Assembly: GCA_010909165.1 (NCBI GenBank)
Contig: MU008222.1
Span: forward strand, 43,965-107,964
DNA from: Anthoceros angustus
Taxonomy: Eukaryota; Plantae; Anthocerotophyta
Direction: 5' to 3'
Length of the DNA stretch: 64,000 nt
Positions within the stretch are counted from its first letter, which is position 1; each line of letters starts with the position of its first letter. Shown here piece by piece: positions 21,248-31,655 of the stretch. A model generated the notes under the pieces. The model was not told where the DNA came from and made no database searches. It saw only the letters and a list, made by a program, of their open reading frames with translations. The translations under genes were made by a program, and so were the position numbers.

Positions 21248-24151
21248 ATGGCGCCCATGTCATCAGCGGTGCTGAAGCTGCACGCGGGCTTGCCCAAGGG
21301 AGCTCGCTTCTTGGGACTGGCTGTGGCTGCGTGCAGGCAGGGATGGGGACACCTGCACAGCGGTCCTGTTGGGACGACCGTCTTGCGAGCTTCCAGGTGA
21401 GGCGTCGTGAACAAGATGCGTGTCGTGTGCATGGGCGCGAGGCTCAAGCCTGAATGAGGATGTGGGTGTAGTGATGCTGCAAGGGCGAAGGGGATGTGGC
21501 CATTGCTGTCCTTGGATGTGGAGGACGTCGAGCAGACGGTGGGGGCATGGGGAGCGAAGCCGAATTGTCCTGTCAAGTACCCCACTCCCGGCAAGGTAGA
21601 CCGTCTGGTTGTGAAGAGGTTTTTCAGTGCGGCTTGCTGTTGTTTGAGTAACCAAGTCTTGAGTGTGGCATGCGGTTTGGGAGGACTTACGCCCTGACAG
21701 TCCCGTCAACGTTGCAGATTTGCAGTGGATGGAGGAGCTGTACGTGCTGCGACTCCCAGCACATTATGTGACGAGGGGTTCGATCGTGAGGCTGTTGGAC
21801 TGTTGGAGCTTTTGGTGCAGCAAGGATGTTCCATTTCCTCGCGGCTCTTTTATCTGTTAGTTCAAGGATGCATCGTGGACAGAGATCTAATAGTGGGCAG
21901 GCGGGTCCATGCCCTTGCCCTTGAGAGTGGGTATGGGTCCAGCTTATTTTTGGCTAATCACTTCATCCGCATGTACGGGTCTGAAGGAAAGTTAGAGGAG
22001 GCTATGCTGCTATTTTCCGAACTCACTGGACCTGACACTTTTTCATGGTCCTACATAATTTTGGCTCATGTTGACAGTGGACATCATAAGCGGGCTATAG
22101 AGCTGTATCAGCAGTTGCGACAATCCACTGTGAAGCCAGACAACCATATTTTTGTCGCTGTCCTCAATGCGTGTGCAAACACTGAAGATTTGGCATCTGG
22201 CAAGCAAGTTCATGTGGACATACTGGGCAGTTTGGCGGAGCTTGATGTGTTTGTTGGCAGCAGCCTGGTAGACATGTATGCAAAATGTAGTAGTGTGCAG
22301 GATGCACGGATCGTTTTTGACTCTGTTCCATCCAGAAATGTGGTGACTTGGAATGTCATGCTTGCAGGCTATGCTCAAGTGGGGCTGGGTGAGGAGGCTC
22401 TTGCTCTCTATGGAGGTATGCAACAACAGGGCATTACTGCTGACCAGGTGACCTTTTTGTCGCTCCTTAAAGCAATTAACGGCATGGGATCTTTACATGA
22501 AGGGAAGGTGCTTCATTCGGAAATCAAAGAACGAGGGTTTGAAGCTGATCAAGCAGTCGGCAGCAGCCTGGTAGACATGTATGTAAGGTGCGGAAGCTTA
22601 GAGGATGCTCGCAGAGTATTTGACAGGTTACCTACAAGAGATGTTGTGACATGGAACGTTATGTTTGCAGGATACGCTCAGCATGCCTTTGGTGAAGAAG
22701 CTCTTACTCTTTACACAAGTATGCAGCAGGAGTTTCACATTCCAGCAGATCGGGTTACATATTTGTGCCTTCTAAAAGCGTGTGCCAGCATTGGAGCTTT
22801 ACAAGCTGGGAAGGAGCTTCATATGCAGATTAAGGGAAAACAGTTGGAGTCGGACAAGGTTGTTGGCAACAGCTTGGTAGACATGTATGTAAAATGTGGC
22901 TGCTTAGAGGATGCACTTCGAGTGTTTTACAGGTTGCCGACAAAAGATACTGTAACATGGACAGCCATGATTGCAGGGTATGCTGAGCAAGGTTTGGACC
23001 AAGAAGCACTTACTCTTTGGGCACGGATGCAACAGGATGGTGGCAATGCACCAGATCGTGTTACGCTTGTGTGCCTTGTGAAAGTATGTGCTAGCGTTGG
23101 TGCTTTGGGTCTGGGGAAGGCTCTTCACTCTCAGATGCAGCAGAAAGGACTGGTGGACACTGATGTGCTTGTAGGCACCAGCCTTGTGGACATGTATGCA
23201 AAATGTGGGAGCCTCCAGTGTGCTCGCAAGGTGTTTGACAGTCTACTGACCAAAAATGTGGTAACATGGAATGCCTTGCTGAATGGTTACAGCCAACACA
23301 ATAATGGCCAAATGACAAGGCAGTGTTTCGCGGAGATGCAGCGGCATGGGGTAAATCCGGATGCTGTTACTTTTCTTTGCCTCCTTGTGGCATGTTGCCG
23401 TGAGGGCCTGGTCTATGAGGGACAGCAGTATTTCAAGATGATGCTGGAAGAGTATGGCATCATGCCAAATGCTTCTCACCTTTCTTGTATAGTTGATCTT
23501 CTTGGGCGGTCAGGGCGCCTGGGTGAGGCGGAAAGTATGTTGCTGTCCATGCCTTTCAATGATGCCATAGGTTGGAGATCTTTGCTGAGTGCTTGCAAAC
23601 TCCACCATGATATTGTGCGTGGAGAGCGATGTTTTGACCGTCTTGTCCAGTTGGATACGCAGGATGCAGCTGCCTACACGCTTATGTCCAACACCTATGC
23701 AGCTGTTGGCAGGTGGGTGGATGTCGATAGGACAGAAAGCCTAAGAAGGGGTGCAGGTGCGTGCAAGAAGCCTGCAAGGGCCTGGATCGAGGTGAAGAAT
23801 GAGGTGCACTCGTTCCTTGTTGGTGAAGAAAGGGATGACATATCCAGGAAGCTCGGGAGTGTGAATCGGCAGTTGGGGGAGGAGGTTTCGAATGTGATAA
23901 GGTCAGTTCCGGAGAGACTCAAGGAAGATGCCTTGTGTGGACACGCTGAGAAACTAGCATTGGCATATGGTCTCCTGAACACTCCCAAGGGTGCAACTTT
24001 GATAGTCACCAAGAATCTTCTTATGTGCTATGACTGTCATGCTGGCACTAAGATCATGTCGAGCACCGAACGGCGAACTATTGTAGTCAGAGATGCCCGC
24101 AGCGTGCATGTATTTGTGGATGGCTCATGTTCGTGCGGGGATCGGCCATAA
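21248..24151 (+). CDS. PLS-class PPR protein with a DYW:KP-type domain (candidate organellar U-to-C RNA editing factor); exon 1 21248-21396, exon 2 21718-24151
   Basis: Regular P-L-S triplets and E1/E2 motifs, KKPARAWIE (KP box), GHAEKLA, CYDC and terminal CSCGDRP. The donor cag|gtgagg and acceptor gttgcag| keep the frame. Confidence 0.92.
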
Positions 24152-24681
24152 GCTTTATGGTGGCACAGTGAATTGTTTGACAGGATGCAGAAAGTGAAGC
24201 CTATTTCTGGAGAAACACGCGCAAGTACGGTAGCTGCAATACGAACAACACCCTGCTTACCGGTGACCCACGCGCCCGGAAGGAAAGCAGCCACCGCTGC
24301 GAAATACCTGCCATGCCTGCCAAAGCAGAGCTACTCTTGCCTCCTCCACGACACTGATTTATGCTGGAGATTTCCCGCCTCCTCAACGGGTCTCATCTAT
24401 GCTGGAGACCCCAAGCAGAGGATGCAGAACCTGCGTGAGACCTTGTATCCACTCTCGTCTACCGTAGACAAATCCGCGCACCAACTTCCTGCAGCCGTTC
24501 GCCGAAAATTGGTAGCCGGCATGCTTACAGCGCAAGAAAGAAGAGAAAGGAGATGCTGTCGCAGAGTTGGCAATTTTGATCAACAATTCTGGGGAAGTTT
24601 TGATGCCCACAACTCGGAAGCTCTCCGTGAAAAAGAACTCCCAAGTTGAGGACTGTTCACGAAACTTGAGCTGAAAATTGC

Positions 24682-25736
24682 TCATCCATTCTTTGTGACC
24701 TTGCAGCCACAATATGTGAGGCAGGTTAAAAGTTAGCCAGACATAAGACACCTAATAACAGCGTTTAAGAGTCGAGGTTCACTCACCGAATCAATGAATT
24801 TCGCCACCCTTGCCTGCACCTGCTTGTCTAGAGCCTTCTCAGCTAGCTCGTAAGTCACGATCTCATTCTCCCCGCCCACAGGCTTTGGTCTCTGGACGTA
24901 CCTGGCAAGGAAGCGCTGGGTGAGCGGAATTAGTACTTGAACAGTCAGCAAGGGAAGGACGGAATGTTGAAGTTACCTTTGCTTCACCGCTGTGTCCAGG
25001 GCATCCCTGATGTTCCCAAACACTGGATGTTCTGTACGTTCCGCTATACCTAGTTTGTTGAGGTGGTAGAACAGTACGTCTGCACATTGGATCCAAGTTA
25101 ACAAGGGAAGGCGATGATAGGCACCAACATGATAATTTGTTCCAAGCCTTCGGCCAGTACCAATCGTGTGCAAAGGTGCAGCACCACCTCACCTTCAGTG
25201 ACATTCTCTCCTGCGAGCTGAAGGATGCCTAGGAGGACAATGGTGAAACCGAGCACCGCCGCAGTCTCCTTTGTCTCCACGTACTGCTTTCGAAGATCTT
25301 CAGGAACGGTGCTTTGCAAGACATACTTTTCCTCCCCAGCGGCAGCATCCGCCGTTGGAGGCCTATCCAGTGCCTTGAGCTCGAGTCCGAAAGTGGCGGT
25401 AAGCTTTCTCTTGGCTAACTCGATGATCAGAGAAGGAAGACCCCTCTGCTTGTAGTTTTCTGTGACTAACAGTGTAAGCTCTCTCCGCTTGATGGGGACA
25501 CCAGGGTGTTGATGGTTCTTGAACAGCACGTGGCGCACCACCTCCGCTGTCAGCTTAGCAGTCTCCTGCACCATTTGGCATGCCCACCAGGTTAAGCCTG
25601 CTTCCTGCCACGCCCCCGAACGTAGATGCCAAGCGAGTAAACCAACCTCGTCCGTAATCCCTGCCTGCGAGGCAGTCTCCCCATCATCTGCCTGTCCTTG
25701 CGACGCGGGCGAGGCTTCCCTCCGGCCCCTGGGCAT
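24682..25736 (-). CDS. NSE3: MAGE-domain protein, SMC5/6 subunit NSE3-like, 4 exons
   Basis: VRHVLFK..PIKRRELT, FGLELKAL, YVLQS, GFTIVLLGILQL|, HPVFGN..VKQR|YVQ..YELAEKALD. The last short exon (VTKNG-stop) is the least certain. Confidence 0.85.
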
Positions 25737-26011
25737 CGCCTCCTTCGACTGTTCTATGAGCCCAGAAGTGTGAGGCCCGAAGCAGCCCGGTTGGAAATGT
25801 CTTCAGCCTCTACCTTCCGGCAACAACGAGAGAAGCACGGACCAAGGCAAGCTGGAACATCGCTGGGACTCGACTAGGTGGACTAATCATGCTAGAGGTG
25901 CAAACCAATTTTCCTTTTCGTGGCGGGGAGCGGGAATATCGGACTGGAAACTGGTTATAGACAAATAAAAAGGAGGACCCACATTGAGTTTTCTTTCCAA
26001 TGGAAGAACTA

Positions 26012-26548
26012 TTTTTATTGAGAATAAAAACGATGGGAAGAAGTCCATTCAAACGGGACAACCAAAAAGGATCGAGGACAGGTCCAGGTGAAAATGAGCA
26101 AATAAGCTCTTTACCGAAAGGTACCTAATGCTCCTAAAACATCATAAGCAGGAAGAATAAAGAGCACAAACCACGGAGGAAGAGGAAGAAGGGTCACCAG
26201 AGTTGCCGCCTCGTGGAGAATCGCCATCGAGAGGGCCCTTTGGAGGGCGATGGAGACGTGCTGTTGGAAGTAGGCCGTGAAGTAAGAAAGGGACAGCCCT
26301 GTGCCATGCCGACGGGCATGGTAGGATTTGGCACAGGACTTGAGAAATTTATTTAAGTCCTCGGCCATTGCCCCGTACGTTTCGAGAGCCGGTGGATAAG
26401 AAGGTGGCCCACTTGCAGCCCGTTGTACTTCCCGATCTTGAGGGTCGCAGCCCAATGACCCAACCATGGCGATTGGTGATGACCTAATCCGAAATGGTTT
26501 TGCGAGCCGGTTCAGACCAAGACGTCGCCACGAAACTCGATCATGGAC
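26012..26548 (-). mobile_element. Duplicated 3' end of the CRE-like element
   Basis: ALETYGAM..SIALQRALS..LGTFR-stop at 26111, followed by a 3' UTR ending caataaaaa at 26012. Confidence 0.85.
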
Positions 26549-27106
26549 AAGGTGCAGCACCACCTCACCTTCAGTGACATTCTCTCCTGCGAGCTGAAGG
26601 ATGCCTAGGAGGACAATGGTGAAACCGAGCACCGCCGCAGTCTCCTTTGTCTCCACGTACTGCTTTCGAAGATCTTCAGGAACGGTGCTTTGCAAGACAT
26701 ACTTTTCCTCCCCAGCGGCAGCATCCGCCGTTGGAGGCCTATCCAGTGCCTTGAGCTCGAGTCCGAAAGTGGCGGTAAGCTTTCTCTTGGCTAACTCGAT
26801 GATCAGAGAGGAAGACCCCTCTGCTTGTAGTTTTCTGTGACTAACAGTGTAAGCTCCGCTTGATGGGGACACCAGGGTGTTGATGGTTCTTGAACAGCAC
26901 GTGGCGCACCACCTCCGCTGTCAGCTTAGCAGTCTCCTGCACCATTTGGCATGCCCACCAGGTTAAGCCTGCTTCCTGCCACGCCCCCGAACGTAGATGC
27001 CAAGCAGGTAAACCAACCTCGTCCGTAATCCCTGCCTGCGAGGCAGTCTCCCCATCATCTGCCTGTCCTTGCGACGCGGGCGAGGCTTCCTCCGGCCCCT
27101 GGGCAT
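26549..27106 (-). pseudogene. Truncated duplicate of NSE3 exon 1
   Basis: Copy of 25173-25736 with small indels, running directly into CRE sequence. Confidence 0.8.
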
Positions 27107-27381
27107 CGCCTCCTTCGACTGTTCTATGAGCCCAGAAGTGTGAGGCCCGAAGCAGCCCGGTTGGAAATGTCTTCAGCCTCTACCTTCCGGCAACAACGAG
27201 AGAAGCACGGACCAAGGCAAGCTGGAACATCGCTGGGACTCGACTAGGTGGACTAATCATGCTAGAGGTGCAAACCAATTTTCCTTTTCGTGGCGGGGAG
27301 CGGGAATATCGGACTGGAAACTGGTTATAGACAAATAAAAAGGAGGACCCACATTGAGTTTTCTTTCCAATGGAAGAACTA

Positions 27382-28700
27382 TTTTTATTGAGAATAAAAA
27401 CGATGGGAAGAAGTCCATTCAAACGGGACAACCAAAAAGGATCGAGGACAGGTCCAGGTGAAAATGAGCAAATAAGCTCTTTACCGAAAGGTACCTAATG
27501 CTCCTAAAACATCATAAGCAGGAAGAATAAAGAGCCTGCAAACCACGGAGGAAGAGGAAGAAGGGTCACCTAGAGTTGCCGCCTCGTGGAGAATCGCCAT
27601 CGAGAGGGCCCTTTGGAGGGCGATGGAGACGTGCTGTTGGAAGTAGGCCGTGAAGTAAGAAAGGGACAGCCCTGTGCCATGCCGACGGGCATGGTAGGAT
27701 TTGGCACAGGACTTGAGAAATTTATTTAAGTCCTCGGCCATTGCCCCGTACGTTTCGAGAGCCAGCGGGATAAGAAGGTGGCCCACTTGCAGCCCGTTGT
27801 ACTTCCTGATCTTGAGGGTCGCAGCCCCAGCAGCAGCCCAACCATGGCAGTTGGTGATGACCTAATCCGAAATGGTTTTGCGAGGGTCGAATCAGACGCC
27901 CGAAACTGATCGCCAGCGGACAAGTGCAGTCAGCCGGAGGGAGCAACCTGTACGAAGAGTGTACCCCCGCTCCTTCCAGGCCATGTAACCACTTTTGCGA
28001 GCGATGTCAAGTGGCGATGCACTGACCCCCATGGGGACAACGAGCAAGGTGCACCCCGGAGTCATCAAGGGCAAAGCCACACTCGCAGGTGAGGAGAGAA
28101 GACGCCACAGGCTGGAGCAGGCCAAGACGGAATCGCATCATAGTGGTAAAGGTGGTTGGTGCGATGACAACACCTCGTATGCATGGGCGAGCCAGAAGCC
28201 AAGCACCTGCCCCCATACCAGAACAAGAGTGAAGCCGAGTCCTTGTGGACTTAGGGATGGAGGGGTCCATGAGGATAGACTGGAAAGCCTGGCCCAGTTG
28301 CTTCTCAAGTAGCGATGCCTGCAACCCCCTAAAACCATCAGTGATGAAGGTCGAAAAAGGAGGTAGTTCCTACTGAGCGTCCTCAAAAAGCATGTCCCTG
28401 GCCTGCCTCAAGGAAATTTGGAGGGGGAGATTCCCTCCTCCACGTCGAAAATGAGGTCCTCCAAAAAAGGCATGTCTTGAAGGATGAAACGAGAGACCAC
28501 TGTAGGGGTTGAAAGAGCCCAACTGCCTAAGAAAGCTGCCGGGGAAGAAATCTCTTGTGAAAGTAGGCCAGTGCCCCCAAATTGCACTGGCACGAACGCT
28601 TGCCAGCAGGCTAAACCGCCTGTTGGGCACTCGAAAGCCCTTGGGCCCATGATGTCCCCCAGAGTATCCATAATCTTCATATCAAACCCCTACAGCTGAG
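27382..28700 (-). mobile_element. 5'-truncated CRE-like RLE non-LTR retrotransposon in canonical order (thumb, CCHC, endonuclease, 3' UTR)
   Basis: QAFVPVQFGGTGL, PAAFLGSW, RLHSCSGMGAGAWLLARP, CECGFALDDSGVHLARCPHGG, LIPLALETYG, SIALQRA. Stop at 27481; ends caataaaaa. Confidence 0.9.
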
Positions 28701-29787
28701 AGAGGAGGACTGAAGTAAACCCGAATTGATGTTTGTGGGTTTGCCGCTACAACTAGCTCCAAATTCATATATCTCCAATAGTAAATGGGTTAAGCACTTT
28801 CAAAAGAAAATTCAGTCTCAATTATAAATCAACTTGTTGCTTGCTAAAATTCAAAAAAACAAGCCACCAAATATTTAGCTTATTCCGGTGACAAATATAT
28901 TTCTAACAAATCGCAAGAAAAAGATATATATTTCTAATGAAGTATAGTTTATTATTTTAATAGGTCTTGTACGAACTACATTATCGTCCTTGTAACAAGC
29001 ATAACTATAGGAGATACGTATGTGCTACCTAAGGTGGATCCAGCTGTCACAAAACCTGGCCACTCCCACACTCCGGCCTCCCCCGCCCTCTCTCACTCGC
29101 CGTTGCAGCACCCTCCCGCGCTCACCACCGCAGCACCCTCCCGCGTTCGCCGCCGTAGCACCCTTCTACACAGGCTGAAGAATTTTGAAAAAAAAAAAAA
29201 AGGTCCTAAGCCCTAAAACATACCCATCCCCTGATGTAAGGCCCTTCGGATCACTTGTAAAAGCTAGGCCACTTGTTGTAAAAGCCCTCCAGGTGATATA
29301 TTTCCTGGAGCCCTCCGCGATACTGAACTAAATTAAATAAATGATAACAAATTATATAAGTTAAATCATTAAAAAAACTGCGATGTTGGGGGTGCTGAAT
29401 ATGGCATACTGTTCTTGTCACCTCGCAATGGGTATGTGTGAACATATTTTTTTCATACATTATTCACATCTTTCCAAGGGCATCGTGTAGATCCCTCAGT
29501 ATTCCACTAGACTAGATCAGTTCGGAGACACCCATATGCCACAAAAACATTTCTGGTCATTCATCGTCCACCCTTGTGCGCCGATCTTGTCTATGCCACT
29601 TGTTTTTCTTTTGCCCTAACACCCAATATATTTAGTGTATGTTGTGATGGTTATGGAGGAGCCAATTCAGCTGTGACATTGGTGCACCTCAATCTGTGTG
29701 CTTAGAGTGCAGCATCACGAGGATCTCCAGGCTTTGAGGAGGCTTGAGGCAGCCCTGTGCTTTTGATGAGGCTTGAGGCCAGCTCGT

Positions 29788-29933
29788 GTGGGCGTGGAGA
29801 GCGGTGGCAAGCCACCCGTGGGCATGGAGAGCGGTGGCAAGCCACCCGTGGGCATGGAGAGGGGTGGCAAGCCACCCATGGGCATGGAGAGCACTGGCAA
29901 GCCACCCGTGGGCGTGGAGAGCGGTGGCAAGCC
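29788..29933. repeat. 30-bp minisatellite x5
   Basis: gtgggcatggagagcggtggcaagccaccc. Confidence 0.95.
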
Positions 29934-31509
29934 TGCTCGCAGCTTGCAAGCTGCGATCGCGCATGACCACACCTTTGTGCATCACGCAACTCCAAACCCT
30001 AAAAAAGGACCTTTCCCAGGCGAAGGCTATGCATAGAGCCACCATCAAATGCTTTAAGCAAAGACTGGATAAGCGTTAGCTTGCGGATGCTTTGGCTCTA
30101 GCACCTTGTTAGAGCCCACCCAAGAAGCTTCAACTTTGGCTGCTTTTTTACTTGGTGGGGGGTCCTTCTCTCCATCGAACCCCGACAAAAACATTCTTAT
30201 ATCACTCGGTAACCATAACGATATACAAGCGAAGGACCCATAGCGGATGTCGCCATGACGATATACAAACCAAGGACCCATAGCGGATATGTCATGGTTG
30301 TGTTTAGGAATGTTTTCATGTCATATGCGGGCGAAATACACAACCCTAAAAAATGGGGAGATCAGTTAGTGCGCCATAGTTGAAAGCTAGTTTGCGGACA
30401 TACAATACATTATTAGAAAACTTAAGTAGTGTTAAGTCGCCTTGACTTAACGGGTCCATGCACATCTATCTATGCACACAAAAACTCGCGATGAGACAAT
30501 AGCTTCTAGCTCCAAATTCATATATCTCCAATAGTAAATGGGTTAAGCACTTTCAAAAGAAAATTCAGTCTCAATTATAAATCAACTTGTTGCTTGCTAA
30601 AATTCAAAAAAACAAGCCACCAAATATTTAGCTTATTAGGTGACAAATATATTTCTAACAAATCGCAAGAAAAGATATATATTTCTAATGAAGTATAGTT
30701 TATTATTTTAATAGGTCTTGTACGAACTACATTATCGTCCTTGTAACAAGCATAACTATAGGAGATACGTATGTGCTACCTAAGGTGGATCCATTTGTCA
30801 CAAAAACACAGCCACTCCACACCCCGGCCTCCCGCCTCTCACTCGCCGTAGCACCCTCCCGCTCACCACCGCAGCACCCTCCCGCGTTCGCCGTAGCACC
30901 CTTCTACACAGTCAAGAATTTTGAAAAAAAAAAAGGTCCTAAGCCCTAAAACATACCCATCCCACGATGTAAGGCCCTTGGATCACTTGTAAAAGCTAGG
31001 CCACTTGTTGTAAAAGCCCTCCGTGATATATTTCGGAGCCCTCCGATCTTGAACTAAATTAAATAAATGATAACAAATTATATAAGTTAAATCATTAAAA
31101 AACTGCGATGTTGGGGGTGCTGAATATGGCATCATCGTTCTTGTCACCTCGCAATGGGTATGTGTGAACATATTTTTTCATACATTATTCACATCTTTCC
31201 AAGGGCATCGTGTAGATCCCTCGATTCCACTAGACTAGATCGTTCGGAGACACCCATATGCCACAAAAACATTTACGGTCATTCATCGTCCACCCTTGTG
31301 CTCGATCTTGTCTATGCCACTTGTTTTCTTTTGCCCTAACACCCAATATATTTAGTGTATGTTGTGATGGTTATGGAGGAGCCAATTCAGCTGTGACATT
31401 GGTGCACCTCAATCTGTGTGCTTAGAGTGCAGCATCACGAGGATCTCCAGGCTTTGAGGAGGCTTGAGGCAGCTTTCCAGGCTTTTGATGAGGCTTGAGG
31501 CCAGCTCGT

Positions 31510-31655
31510 GTGGGCGTGGAGAGCGGTGGCAAGCCACCCGTGGGCATGGAGAGCGGTGGCAAGCCACCCGTGGGCATGGAGAGGGGTGGCAAGCCACCCA
31601 TGGGCATGGAGAGCACTGGCAAGCCACCCGTGGGCGTGGAGAGCGGTGGCAAGCC
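31510..31655. repeat. 30-bp minisatellite x5 (second unit)
   Basis: Same unit as 29788-29933. Confidence 0.95.

Larger units (their letters stand above)
25173..27926. repeat. Approximately 1.38-kb tandem duplication (NSE3 exon 1 and promoter plus CRE 3' end)
   Basis: 25173-26548 is similar to 26549-27926. The junction shows ctgcac(c)tt microhomology. Confidence 0.9.

Noticed and set aside
24173-24649. 158-aa ORF between the PPR and NSE3 3' ends
   Set aside because: No recognisable motif, it starts at TTG, and it lies in convergent 3' UTR space.
29788-29933. CRISPR-like regular repeats (also 1335-1520)
   Set aside because: The units are contiguous with no unique spacers, there are no cas genes, and the context is eukaryotic.
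29689-30079. ORFs in all six frames with 10-aa repeats (e.g. GKPPVGMESG, ATALHAHGWL)
   Set aside because: The 30-bp unit has no stop in any frame, so openness is uninformative. The same applies at 31409-31813.
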